DNA of 64,000 bases from positions 48,856,001-48,920,000 of the forward strand of contig OZ024742.1 of the NCBI GenBank assembly GCA_964016885.1. Direction: 5' to 3'. Below, piece by piece: positions 1 through 13,300 of the stretch (position 1 is its first letter; the number at the start of each line of letters is the position of its first letter). This DNA is from Eledone cirrhosa. Taxonomy: Eukaryota. The notes below the pieces were generated by a model. That model saw nothing but the letters and a program-made list of their open reading frames with translations. It made no database searches and was not told where the DNA came from. The position numbers and the translations under genes are program-made.

Positions 1-380
1 CACCTACCCCATCACCCCTCTGTGTACACTAAACACAACAGCCAGATAACGGCAATTTCACCACCACCACAACAAATCTCAACATAATAATGATAATAAT
101 AATTACTATTATTATTGTCCCAAGTTTTAACAAAATGTTTAATTCCAACATTAAGGGAATTTATGTCAACACATGTACGCGACTAGCCCCATAGAATCAC
201 CGAACGGACATCAGTAACGACAACGCCATCACTACAGTCACCGCCGCCGCCGCCCATCCATCATTACTACCACAATCCCATCACCGCCGCCACCACTCCT
301 TCATTGCTACCACTGCTACCCCCCCCCCCCCACTACCTTCTGTTAACTTACGAAAGGGGAGGATGGCGATATCACTAGAC
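1..380. repeat. Copy of an unclassified ~380-bp sequence also present at ~5446-5830
   Basis: Colinear shared blocks, e.g. TGTGTACACTAAA..CAACAGCCAGATAACGGCAATTTCA, CAAGTTTTAACAAAATGTTTAATTCCAA, TCAGTAACGACAACGCCA, CCTTCTGTTAACTTA..AAGGGGA..TGGCG.TATCACTAGACAA. Confidence 0.85.
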
Positions 381-447
381 AATATTGATAAACAAGATTA
401 ATATTTAATTTTGGATCAGGAATGTTGGAGTCGAAAATGGCAAAATG

Positions 448-860
448 ACTAAACGACTACAGATTATTATTTCACCACCAATACCACCACCACTGCCACG
501 ATGAAAACTCTGGTCGAATCGACTCAAATTTATACCCCAACTACAACACCATCACTACAGTAATACGACCACATCACCACCACTACTAAACGACTACAGA
601 TTATTATTATTTCACCACCAATAACACCACCACTACCACGATGAAAACTCTGGTCAAATTGACTCAAATTTATACCCCAACTACAACACCATCACTACAG
701 TAATACGATCACATCACCACCACTACTAAACGACTACAGATTACTATTTCACCACCAATAACACCACCACTACCACGATGAAAACTCTGGTCAAATCGAC
801 TAAATTTATACCCCAACTACAACACCATCACTACAGTAATACGATCACATCACCACCACC
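448..860. repeat. Minisatellite, 3 tandem copies of a ~137-140 bp unit
   Basis: Unit starting ACTAAACGACTACAGATT at 448, 585 and 725; each contains CCACGATGAAAACTCTGGTC and TTTATACCCCAACTACAACACCATCACTACAGTAATACG. Confidence 0.92.
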
Positions 861-1345
861 ACTGCGTTAGTATCGCTACCGCTGCTATTCTCTCCTATTA
901 CCTCCTGGTGCTAGCACAGCAACGCCACCACATTGTAGAATTCCTACTAAAAAAGAGGAAGGCAGCAAAATATATAGATAGACTCAAAAGGAAAAACAAA
1001 AATCAAAATCAAAGCAGCACAGCAACAACAACAGAAAAAAAGCAGCCAAAAAAAAACAAAAACAAAAAACGTAAAGAAAGTAAGAATGAGGAGAGAAACA
1101 AACGGACGGACAGAGAAGGGAAGGGAAAAACTAAGTCAGACATGCGAACACTACATTACAATGAAACTTATGCTTATTCATTTTGGGGGTTTTTTCTGCC
1201 TGTTTGTTTGTTTGTTTATTTGTGTTCGTCTACAGCGTGATAATGCCACACAAGAGCCACGTGGAGCGACGCAACCACCGGAGACGGTGAATCCACAGGT
1301 CGTTATGTAACCATACATTCGCCAATCCTCGATAAGAGTGTTTAA

Positions 1346-4300
1346 ATGTCGAACCTAAACAGTTCGAATAACGGTGAAATGGAGACTAGAACGTCATGTG
1401 ACAGACTCTCACCCAACAGGTGCTCCCTGGCTCAGCAGCAGGGGCCTGGCTGTCAACCAAATACTGCTGGTGTCGGAGGAAGAAGAAGAAGGAAAGGGAC
1501 CAGAACCAACTGGACGAAAGAATTGAATAGAACTGTTATGCAATGTTACCTGAAAAGTAACCCCAAGGAGAGGGGCTATAGGAAACGGATGCATAACATC
1601 TGGAACGAGATTGGTCTATTTAAATTAGATGAACAAAAATTGGCCGGGCAGGCTCGGGTAATAAGAACTAATGGGTGGATAAGCGAGCTGGAACTGGAGG
1701 AACTGAGCAGAGAGATTAGCTTGGAGATGGAGGGTGGAGTATGCCAGGCAAACGAGCCAGTGGGAAATGAAGGTGAAGAGGTCGAGAGAACGGAGGAACC
1801 ACCCGAAGCAGACAATGATCTGAATACTGAGATAAATAATACCTCGAACAGAGATACGGCCACTGAGGAGATGAATGCTGACGGGCTAGGACAAGATTTG
1901 GTTGACATCCTAAATTTAGTGGTAGATGAATTGAACAATGATAGTGGGAGACCTATGAACCTAAGACTTGTAGACAGGAAAAAGTTAAAAGAAACAACAG
2001 CTAAGGTAAACAAAGTCATCCCATACCTTGAGGCGAGGAGCCTTCACCAGTGCAACAATATCCTCAAAGCAACAGCAAATACGGTGAGGAAACTACTTGG
2101 TATAAAAGCGAGAGGAAACAACAGACAAGAAAGAGCAGAGCCTTGGTGGAAGAAACGACTGAGTGGTCAAATCAGGGAAATGAGAAATGACATTGGAAAG
2201 CTTGAGTCACTACTGAATGGGACACTATAAAACATAGGCACTAAAAATAGACTGGAAATAAAGTACAGAACTAGGAGGAAAAAGCAAAATATTATCATAG
2301 AGGAACTGAAGCAACGCATTGTAGCAAAGAGTGCAAAAATCAGGCGATACGAGAACAGAGTCAATCAGTATAAACAGAACCGTATGTTCGACAACAACCA
2401 GAAAATGCTGTTTGGACAGCTTGAGGGGAATGAAAGAGGCAACGACTTGATCCCTGAGGCGGAACAAACTAAAACATTCTGGAGAGGAATATGGGAGCAG
2501 GATGTTAGACATAATGACCAGGCAGTGTGGATTGACACAGTACAGAAGGAGATTGGTGAACAGGCACACCAACAAACTGATTTGAGTATCACAGTTGAAA
2601 CTCTTAAGGGGCAGGACAAAAAACTAACCAACTGGAAATCACCAGGCCCAGATGGTGTGCAGGGGTATTGGATTAAAAATATAACATCCCTCCACCCGAA
2701 ACTGACTACCATGTTCAATGACTGCTTGATATCAGGTGAGGTACCAGAGTGGTTGACAAAAGGTACCACAGTTCTGATAATGAAAGACCGAATCAAGGGT
2801 AATCATGTTAGCAACTATAGACCTATCACATGTCTGTCCGTAATGTGGAAACTGTTGACAAGCATTATGTCTGAGGAAATCTACCATCACCTCCACACAA
2901 ACAACTTGTTACCGGACGAACAGAAAGGATGCCGAAAGAAGTCACGTGGTACAAAGAACCAGTTACTTATTGATAAGATGGTAATGGGGAATTGTAGGAG
3001 GAGACACACTGATCTTGCCATGGGATGGATAGACTACAGAAAGGCATTTGACATGGTGCCTCATTCTTGGATCACCAAAGGCCTGGAGATCTTCAATGTG
3101 GCAGATAACATCACACAGTTGTTGGGCAAAAGTATGAGGTCCTGGGAAACAGAGTTGACATCAACTGGAGAATCCTTGGGAAGCGTGAAGATCAAGAGAG
3201 GTATCTTCCAGGGAGATAGCCTGTCCCCTCTGCTGTTTGTCCTTGCCCTGATGCCCCTGACCAGTGTACTACGAAAAGTGAGAGCAGTATACAGGTTGGG
3301 AAAGGGAGGGCTTACCATCAATCACCTCCTCTTCATGGACGATCTTAAACTCTTCGGGAAGAGTGAGAAGGAGTTGGATGTGCTTGTTGACACTGTCCGT
3401 ATTTTCAGCAGTGATATATGCATGCAGTTTGGTATTAGTAAGTGTGGAGTCATTGTGATGAGGAGGGGCAGGTTGAGCAGAAGTAACGGAATCCAGATAC
3501 CAACAGGTGAGATGATAAAGGAAATGGACTCTGAAGAAGGATACAAGTATTTGGGCGTTCTGGAGGCTGATGGCATAAAGAACAAAAAAATGAAGGAATT
3601 GTTAAGAACTGAATACATTCGGAGAGTATGGAGCGTATTGAAGTCACATCTGAACAGCAGAAATGCCATAAGCGCAGTAAATTCCCGAGCTGTGTCTATT
3701 ATTAGGTACAGTGCGGGAATCCTGAGATGGAATGTTGCTGAACAAAAAGAAATGGATAGGAAGACTAGGAAGCTATTGACTATCTACAACATGTTCCACA
3801 AGAGGAGTGATGTCGATAGACTCTACTTAAGGAGATCTGAGGGTGGAACAGATCTTATCAGCATAGAGGACTGTGTTCAGATGGAGAAAAACAACCTACA
3901 CAAATACGTGACTGATAGTAAGGAGCCAATGCTCAGAACTGTACTGAAGGAGGGGACAATAGGCCAGGGGATGTCCAAGGAGGAAATAACTGTTTCTACT
4001 TTTGGCACAAGGCCATCAATTATCCCAGTGCATTACTGGTACTTTATTTTATCGACCTCGTAAGGATGAAAGGCAAAGTCAACCTCGGCGGGATTTGAAC
4101 TCAGATCGTAAAGGGACGTAACTATGCTGGAAAGCATGGTGTCTGACCCTCTACCGATACTGCCAATCCACCGTCCAAGGAGGAAATAACATCAAGAGGA
4201 AAGAGCAGCCTTCAGGAAAAATCCCTTCATAGTACCATCTTTGAGAAAACTGAATTTAGAGATCCACAGACATGGAACTGGTTGAGAAGAGGAGACCTTA

Positions 4301-4971
4301 AAAAGGCTACAGAAGGAATGTTAATGGTTGCGCAGGAGCAGACCCTCAAAACGAAGTGGTTGAAACACCATATTTACAAGGAGGGGGCTAGCCCACTGTG
4401 CAGGATCTGTGGTGAGAGAGGGGAAACTGTGGCTCACATTGTATCCGAGTGTAAACACCTAGCCCAGACCCACTATAAGGGCTGGAGACATGATGTGATG
4501 GGCAGGGTGATCCACTGGCACCTGTGCAAAGTAAACAATTTACCACATTCTGAGAAATGGTATGAGCATAAGCCAGAGGCGGTGATAGAGAACGATCAGG
4601 TGAAGGTGCTGTGGGATTTTAGGATACAGACGGACAAGAAACTGGAACACAATAGACCTGACCTGGTGGTTGTGGACAAAGAAAAAAGATCGTGCCTGAT
4701 TGTGGATGTGGCCTGCCCATTCGACACGAGAGTGCAAGAGAAGGAGAGGGAGAAAATTAACCGATACCAGGACTTAAAGTGGGAGGTAAAAAGGATTTGG
4801 AACTGCCATGAAGTCAAAGTGATCCCGATTGTCATAGGTGCACTGGGGACTATCTCCAAAAGTTTCCAGGGATGGTAAAAGAAAATCGGCCCCTTCACGC
4901 TTTTTGGAACGCTTCAAAAGGCATGCTTGCTGGGAACAGCAAGAACCCTCCGATACGTCCTGAATATCTGA
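1346..4971 (+). pseudogene. Disrupted polyprotein of element A: N-terminal (Myb-like) region, RT, CCHC, restriction-like endonuclease
   Basis: Motifs: NWTKELNRTVMQCY; WKSPGPDGVQGYWIK; NYRPITCL; WIDYRKAFDMVPH; GIFQGDSLSPLLF; LLFMDDLKLF; CRICGERGETVAHIVSEC; NRPDLVVVD..LIVDVACP; QKACLLGTARTLRYVLNI*. Track ORFs 1346-2230, 2384-4063 and 4282-4878 are one frame broken by in-frame TAA stops (2228-2230, 4876-4878) and a 200-bp SINE+TSD insertion. Confidence 0.92.
3991..4172 (-). mobile_element. tRNA-derived SINE inserted in element A, with an 18-bp TSD
   Basis: Minus strand has A-box-like TGGCAGTATCGG and B-box-like GAGTTCAAATCC. The direct repeat GTCCAAGGAGGAAATAAC flanks it at 3973-3990 and 4173-4190. 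Confidence 0.93.
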
Positions 4972-5054
4972 GGCTGCAGGTAGTGGCCTGATATTCATTT
5001 CAACAAACTTTCCAGTTTACTAACATCAATGAATGAGACTCAAAGAGTAATAAC

Positions 5055-5134
<80 letters not shown>

Positions 5135-5445
5135 GGAAGAAGGGTAGAAGACGCACGTGGTGGTAGAAGGTCATGAAATCGCTCCCGTAATTTTTTGATT
5201 TTTAACATTTTTAAATCAATTGTGAAATAACAATTCTTAGTACAAATGATGCATAAAGCACCGAATCAAGTCTCATAAAAATTCGGATCCATAATGTATT
5301 GTTATATCGCTCAAATATTCAATTTTGTATTATACATTTTATATTAAAAAATAAAATGGTTATAATTGGAAGAAAACCCCCTCTGTCTACACTATATAGA
5401 ACAGCCAAATAACAGCAATTTCACCAACACCAGAAACTAGATACA

Positions 5446-5830
5446 CCACCTACCCCATTACCCGCGCTGTGTACACTAAATACAACAGCCAGATAACGGC
5501 AATTTCATCACCACCACCACCAATCCCAGCATCATAATAATAATTACTATTATTACTGTCTCAAGTTTTAACAAAATGTTTAATTCCAATATTAAGAGAA
5601 TATGTCAACACATATATTAAATATACGCGACACAAACGCATAGATACTACAGATCAAACAAAACTACAGTCTATTCAACAAAACTCAGTAACGACAACGC
5701 CACCACTCCATCCATCATTGCTACCACTATCCCATCACCGCCGCCACCACTCCTTCATTGCTACCACCACCATTCCTCATTTCCTTCTGTTAACTTAAGA
5801 AAGGGGAAGGTGGCGGTATCACTAGACAAG
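5446..5830. repeat. Second copy of the sequence at 1-380
   Basis: Colinear similarity to 1-380, with an extra block in the middle. Confidence 0.85.
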
Positions 5831-6012
5831 GGAGAGGCTAGCAAAAGATATAAATAGATTGACTTAGTGACCCGGCCACCGACCAAACGTCAACAACTAT
5901 GGCACTGCTGGCTCCCCCCTTCCCCACCAACAATATAAAAAGCCCCAGCACCACCACCGACATATCCAACAACAATAACAGGTAACTTCAGCAAAAAGTA
6001 TATTATATTATT

Positions 6013-6063
6013 GTAATGCACTGGGTGATTGCTGGCCTTGTGCCTGGAGTGGAGACAATTATT
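6013..6063 (+). mobile_element. 3' fragment of the same SINE family
   Basis: GTAATGCACTGGGTGATTGCTGGCCTTGTGCC...GAGACAATTATT matches the SINE 3' end. Confidence 0.7.
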
Positions 6064-6078
6064 AATAATTTTATTCTA

Positions 6079-9000
6079 TAAGCCACGCAATGCTCACATT
6101 AAGTAATCACTCATGATAATAACAATTTAAAAAAACAACAAAAAAGAAAACCCCGGGACCAAGAAATACCGGCATGGCGGCCGGCGGGGAATAGCCGTGG
6201 TTCTAGGGGAGAACGACCCCTCTAGTCTTGGTTGACACTCGTTCTAGAAGTGGTAACACGAAATAATTACCCCTTGGCGGATAAGGATAAAACGCGACAA
6301 AATAAAGTAAATGTCTAATGATAAAATCTCATACCGGATCGGCCGTCACCCGGGTAAAAAAGGGCCGCGTCCCTCAGAGAGGAACCAGACTGGGATCGAA
6401 AAATCAGCTAATGGTTCAAACCTTCCCTTCACTTCGGAGCTGGAGACCTCCCATCACCGGAATACTCCTACTGTTGGCCCTCCATGCTCACCACCAAGAA
6501 ATCCAAAGAAAAGGAGAGAAAAACGTTAAGAGAAGATAATAAAGAAGTCCTTGAGAATTTCTACACTGCCATGTACTACCCATCAAATACATCGAATACA
6601 GAACAGACATATATCAACTGGAAAAAGAAACATCCCGAAAACAGAGGCTATATTGACAGTAACAAACTAGCCTATATACGAAGAAATATTGTAAAAAACA
6701 AGTTACTAACTGATATAGAAATTGATCAGATAAAGCTATTAGCACAAAGTCAGCGAAGGGAAAATGAAACATGTGTCAGTGAAAACGAGGTAAATTGTAA
6801 CACTTCGAATCCCAGGGTTGGGGCGGAATCACTGACAACAGAACAAATTAAAGAAAGGATCGAAAAAGTGGAGGGAGTGCATATTCAAGATGAAACTCCA
6901 AATGAAAACAATGAGATCGTCTATGATAACGAAATGAATGAGAATGAACTTGCCAACTTGAAGGATGAAATTATGATCGAATGGATGAAAATGAAAGAAT
7001 CTGACATGGGGCAACGAGACACTAAGATCCAGAACTCCAAACAGAACCAAAAGATAATACACAAGACTAACTTAATTATCAAAAACATTATCATCACAAA
7101 CAAACTAAACATTACTGATTTAAATCATCTCTATTATGCATCGGCTAAAGTCACCACTCACTTATGTGGAGTGAAGATGAAAAAACAAAGGAATTCCCAC
7201 AAGAAATTTACTTAGCAAGAGAACATCAATCGCCAAACAAACCTTCTCCGATCTGACATAGAAATTTTAAAAAACTATAAAGTAGGTGAACATGTTAAAC
7301 AAACTAAACTTAGAAAATTGAAAAGAAAGTACAGTATAAAATCAACAAGTGACATAGACATGCTGATAGAAATAATCAAGCAAAAAGTGTCGGCCAAAGC
7401 TACTCGTATAAGGGGCTTTGAAAAACGATCTAGATTTTATAAGGACAATAATATGTTCAAAACCAACCAAAGAAACTTCTACAGAAAAATTGGTAAGTCA
7501 ACAATAACTGCTAAATCAATACCACCCAAGGAGAAAGTGCAAGAATTCTGGGAGAAGATCTGGGCCGAAGAAAAAGTTCATAATATACATGCCCCATGGA
7601 TAGACAGACAAATGAAAGATAGAGCTCACCTTGAGGAACAAATATGGGAAAATATAACAGTTGAACAGTTGCGTTTGGCTCTAAAAAAAAACAGCAAATG
7701 GAAATCCCCAGGAAAAGACAAAATACAAAATGTTTGTATAAATGCCTTCACAGAGTCTCATGAGCTGTTAGCCCAACTTTACAATGAAATAGTTAGGGAT
7801 CCAGAAAAGATACCATCATGGCTAGTTAACGGCAATACATTCCTGCTTCCAAAGAATGATGAGACAAACAATCCCAAAAATTACAGACCGATATCTTGCT
7901 TGACCACAATGTATACAATTTTAACATCAGTCCTAACTGAATATACATATAACCACCTGATAACAAATGACCTATTTCCCATTGAGCAGAAAGGGTGTAA
8001 ACGAGGCTCATATGGCTGTAAGGATCAGCTTTTGCTTAATAAAATGATACTGGAATATTGTCATAATAGACACAAACATCTATCAATTGCTTGGATAGAT
8101 TATAAAAAAGCATTCGATAGTTTGCCACACAGTTGGATTGAAAAATGTTTAGAGATTTTCAAAATATCCCCCGTTGTCAGGAGGTTTTTGTCATTCAGTA
8201 TGAAGACATGGAAAACGACACTCCTTTTGAATAGTGAAACAAAATCACTGGAAGCTGGAGAAGTTAATATTAATTGTGGAATTTTTCAGGGTGACTCTTT
8301 ATCACCGCTTTTATTCTGCATCGCACTTATACCATTAAGTAAAATGCTCAATGAAACAAAACATGGATATAAAGTCTATGACAAAACCATTAATCACTTG
8401 TTCTACATGGATGACCTGAAACTATTTCCAAAAAATGATGAACAATTGCAAGGGCTATTATCCACTGTGAAGCAGTTCAGTGATGACATTAAAATGGAGT
8501 TTGGACAAGATAAATGCGCCAAAGCAACGTTCACCAGAGGAAAGCTGCTGAAAAGTTCAGACATTAATCTTGATCGAGGGAATCTGATAAGAGAACTTGA
8601 TCAAGAGGAAACTTACAAATATATAGGTGTTTGTGAAGGAGACAGAATACAGCACTCGACAATGAGGGAAAGGATAAGGAAGGAATGTTACCGCAGAGTA
8701 AGAGCAATCTTAAGAACGGAATTGAATGCAAGGAATAGGATCGATGCCATAAACACGCTTGCCATACCAGTAGTAACCTACAGTTACAATGTCATGAACA
8801 GGTCAAGCACAGAGATCCGTAGGCTCGATACAAAAATTCGAAAATTCTTAACCATGCACAGAATGCATCTCCCTAAGGCAGATACAGATAGAATATATCT
8901 CCCTGGGAAAGAAGGAGGACGTGGGTTAATCCAGTTAGACATTGCGTTGAAAACTGCAACAATTGGATTATCTACATATCTAAGGGAATCACATGATTGG

Positions 9001-10097
9001 ATGATGAAACTCGTTTTGAAACACGAAAGCATCAAAAGATCATACTCCATTACAAAAGATGCACAAAGATACAGTAATGGACTACACATTTCAGAAGTCC
9101 CATTTACTGCTGAAATGGAAAACACAGAAAAAGCAAAGCAGGTAAAAGTAACTGCAAAGAAAAAACTGCTACAGGAACTGGCTAAGAAATGGCAAGAAAA
9201 GCCTCTGTATGGAAAATACCCAGAACGAGCTAACAATCCTGATGTTGCCAAAACTTTAACCCATCAGTGGTTGGCATCCTCTGGACTGAAATCGGAGACT
9301 GAAGGACTGATTATATCAGCACAAGATCAGTGTCTGCCAACAACAAATTACCAAGCCAACATAATAAGAAATGGATGCAGCCCATTATGCCGTGTATGTA
9401 AAAAACAACCAGAGACCATTGACCATATAATTTCAATGTGCAGTCCTATAGCTCCAACCGAATACCTAAACAGGCATGACAGAGCTGCACAATACATACA
9501 TTGGATAATGTGTAAGCATTTTGACCTGCCACATCAAAAGAATTGGTGGAAGCATCAACCACCTCCCATACTTGAAAAAGATCACATCTCAATCTTGTGG
9601 AACTTTAGCATCCAAACAGACCGAAAAATAGATGCAAATAGCCCTGATATAATATTGAAGGACTTTAAAAAGAGGGTATGCCTGCTAATTGATATGTCCG
9701 TTCCAATAGACAAGAATGTATCTATAAAAGCATTTGAAAAATTGAGCAAGTATAAGGACCTGGAGATAGAAATTGGAAAAATGTGGAAATTGAGAACTAA
9801 AACAATGCCAGTGGTTGTAGGCGCTCTGGGAATGATACCTAAGGTGTTTAATGATTACTTATCGCAAATCCCAGGAAACCCGCGTATAGGAGAAATACAA
9901 AAGATAGTATTAATGGGAACTGCTCATATACTAAGGAAGATTCTATCAATATATGTACATCACAAGTCTAAACACTAAAGATGCATGTGGGAGTATGTGT
10001 GTTCTTTCTTGAACATGGCGGACCTTGTTGTCTCTTGAGGTCACTGGTTGTGACTTGGTGATAACTCGTATGAACATAAAGCAAGATAAATGCAGCT

Positions 10098-10138
<41 letters not shown>
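6079..10138 (+). mobile_element. R4/Dong-clade non-LTR retrotransposon, near full length (element B), with (TAA)n tail
   Basis: Same architecture as element A but a divergent, more AT-rich sequence; (TAA)n at ~10099-10138. The 5' boundary is approximate. Confidence 0.88.
6311..9978 (+). pseudogene. Lightly disrupted polyprotein of element B (RT, CCHC, RLE)
   Basis: Frameshift near 6520, in-frame TAG at 7213-7215, then open through 7318-9978. Motifs: WKSPGKDKI; NYRPISCL; WIDYKKAFDSLPH; GIFQGDSLSPLLF; LFYMDDLKLF; CRVCKKQPETIDHIISMC; NSPDIILKD..LLIDMSVP; QKIVLMGTAHILRKIL. Confidence 0.92.
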
Positions 10139-10140
<2 letters not shown>

Positions 10141-10374
10141 TGATTTCTTTATTAACCACAAGGGTTTACATAAAGTAGACATTAAGGACAGTACAGGACA
10201 ATACAGGGCTGTACAAATGGGCACTTCTGCGTGTAGAAAAAAGAAACAGAGGATGTAATAATAGAACAATGAAAAAATTCCCAAATAGGGGCATTGGTGG
10301 AGAAACCCCATTAGAAAGCCACAGTGACCCTGACCACCAGGGCAAGTGCCCTCTCCCAGTTTTCCACCTTTAAT

Positions 10375-13300
10375 TTACAGACACATACTCAGAGTAGGCC
10401 ATTTCACTCGGGCCATTCTTGCCTCTCACCCATCTTTCAACAAAATGCTGGGAATAGAGCACTTCCCTTTCTACCCTGATTTTCCTTTTCAAATGTAATT
10501 TGAAAAAGTTAATCAGGGCATCACCGAAGAGGTAAGTCCTCGTCTTCAGCCCTTTTAAACGTGTCCACTATCTCTTTCGCCATGGCCACCAGACAGATAA
10601 AAACTGCCTGCCATTCCCGGCTAAAGGATGAAGGCAGGGCAATCCTCACGATGGACTCAGCTGATAGCTGGATCCGTCCTACACGCGACAGCAGGTGTTC
10701 GACATAAACCCACAAGTCAGCAATGCTCGGACACTGGACGAGTGCGTGCAGGAGGGTTTCGTCGCCCTGCGCGCATCTCGGACATGCCCGGCTGACGGCA
10801 CCTCCATGCCTGTAGAGTTTATCCCGAACTGGCAAAGTTCCTCAGTAGCACTGCCAGGCCAGGGATTTCTGGAAGTTGTCCATAGGCTCCGGCCCGAAAG
10901 TTCTTCCGAAGAGATTGGCTAGTTGATTTTCGTCGAGGCCTAGAGTTTCCCCAAGTACGTCGGCGCTCTTCCCCTCCACTAATCCTCTATAGAACGCAAA
11001 GGTGGAGTTTCCACCGATCACATTGCCCGATTGGTCGAGGGCTGTGAGCGCCTGAAGACATTCCAGTCTCCAAGCGCTCCCTCTCGGTCTTCGCTTGACC
11101 CAGGACTGCAGTTCCGTCAAGGAGACGAGCTGGGGAAAGACGTGTCTAGCAAACGGAGACCACACATGATCACCGTCGAGGAAGAAATGAAGATGTCGTA
11201 GCCTGAGCGGGTGTCTGCGCATCATCAGCCACGGCAGTAGTAACCCTCCACGTAGCGGGTGTTGAGAGCAGATGGGACCATTTTACCATCGGAGCGCGTC
11301 CCTTCCACAAAAAGCGAAAGACCAAACGCTCCAGCGCAGTCAGGCGGGGCTTAGGACAAGGTACGACGGTCAGGCGGTAGTAGATGACGGACGCGATATA
11401 CGCGTTAGCCACCTCCGCTCGACCTTTCAGGGATAGCTTCCTCTCTGCCCATTTCTAGGTGAGAGAAACCACCCTGCTCGTCACCTCGTCCCAGTTTTTG
11501 TCCGTCTGGAGGTCCGGACCGAACCAGACCCCTAGCAATTTAACCGGTCCATCCGTCCAGCGCCCGACGACGATGTTTGACGGCATGGACCTGCCTCTCC
11601 AGATGCCGAAGTGCAGGCCCACTGACTTTTCCTGGTTGATCATTGCTCCTGTCACCGCTTCGTATTCACTTAGTGTAGTGCCGATCCCCTCGATGTGTTT
11701 GGCGTTCGACACCACTACGATCACATCGTTCGCACATGCTGACAAGGAACTTCCGCATCCTAGTTCGCGCATGTCCCCCTCAACGTCTCCAGTTTATGCA
11801 GTAATGGCTCGGGAGTCAATACGTACGCGAGGGACGAGAGGGAACATCAGAGGCCGACCGAGCGCATGATGTTTAACGGTTCCGAAAGGTGACCGTTCAC
11901 TCTCACCATAGAGAAGATGTCGCTGTGCATGGCAGCGATCCAGCCTCTGAAGACGGGCCCAAAGCCAGCCGCCCTCAGGACTGCGGCTAGGTAAAGATAG
12001 TCGACCCTATCGAAATCTTTCGACTGATCTAAATTGATCAGGGTCCCACCCGTGCCAGGTTCCCTAGCTACCCTCTCTACGATGTATCGCATGAGGTGGA
12101 GGTTGTCGTGGATGCATCTGTCGGGAATGGCGCATGTCTGCGCGTCTCCCACCAAGCCACCAACGACAAGCGCCAACCTCTTTGCTAGCACCTTGGCCAA
12201 AATCTTGAACTCTTTGTTTAGCAGAGTTATGGGCCTAAAATTATTTATGTTATCCCCCTTGTTCGGATCCTTTCTCAGAAGCGCCACAGCTCCTCGGCTC
12301 ACAGAGCTGGGAATTCTCCCGTTCTGTTGCCAGTTGCAGTAGACGTCCCCCAAGAGGCCTCCGAACAAGTCTGGCATCTGTACGTAAAGTTCATAGAGCA
12401 GACCATCGAAACCAGGCGAGTTACGCCTTGTGCAGCTAGTCATTGCCAGCCGTACTTCAGCGGCTGTTATCGGCTTTTCGCAACAATCCGCCTCAGTGGC
12501 CGAGAGCCTTGGCAGTCTGTCGAGGTAGACACTAAAGTCCATCCCTCGACCCGGCCTACCGCTGCCCCCGAACAACTGAGCGAAGTGTCGCTGAAAAGCT
12601 TCACACATTTGCCCGGGATCGAATAGCATGCGCCCGTCGTGGTCCACCAAAGACCGGATCGTGGCTTGTTGCCACAATGCGCCTCCGCCACTCGGGCCCA
12701 TTGAACGGCTTTCGTACCCTCGTGCCTGAGAGCACGCACCCTAGCTCTGACAAGGCAGCCTTCGTGCTTTGCATTGACGAATTGGTCAAGGGCCAATTTC
12801 GCCGCAAGCAAGTCGGTCGCGATGCCTTTGCTAAGCGCCTCGTCTAATTTTACTAACTAATTCTCCCTCTGCTCTATTTTCTCTATTGCTAAAACCTAAT
12901 GGATTCTATTCTAATTGCTCTTTTCAGAGCAAACCACCACTTGTTGTTGACGATGGCCCCCGTCAACGCCCGCTTAACTAGTTCGCTAATCCGGTCTCTG
13001 TAGGCCTTGCGCGCTGGTAAGGACGCGTTTAGCTTCCAGTAGCCGGGTCCTCGTCTATGAAGCCTATCTAAGTCAAGTACACAAATCACGAATTTGTGGT
13101 CCGTGTAGCTGACTATCTTGAATTGTGGACTGCCTATGCTAGACCTATCTATTTCTCCTCAAAATACTCTGTCTAGATATGATCTGGATGACCCTATGCG
13201 ATTTGTCCAAGTCCACATTGGCACATTCGGGAAATCCAATCGGTACCTGTCAGATAGTTCCTAACGCTTGAGCAGGTTGGTGAGGCTCTTGCACCCTCCT

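Larger units (their letters stand above)
1241..5133 (+). mobile_element. R4/Dong-clade non-LTR retrotransposon, near full length (element A), with (TAA)n tail
   Basis: Single-ORF architecture with RT, CCHC finger and RLE; short 3' UTR followed by (TAA)n at 5048-5133. The 5' boundary is approximate. Confidence 0.88.

Noticed and set aside
448-860. Possible CRISPR-like array
   Set aside because: Whole units repeat with no unique spacers; the context is eukaryotic and has no cas genes.
1409-4998. Antisense ORFs over the retrotransposons (also within 6800-15600 and 57700-62000)
   Set aside because: Shadow ORFs of retroelement coding sequence with no independent motifs.
6150-6300. HDV-like ribozyme at the Dong 5' end
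   Set aside because: GGCCGGC is present, but I could not assign P1/P1.1/P3/L3 and J4/2 in the required order; reported only as a structured UTR.
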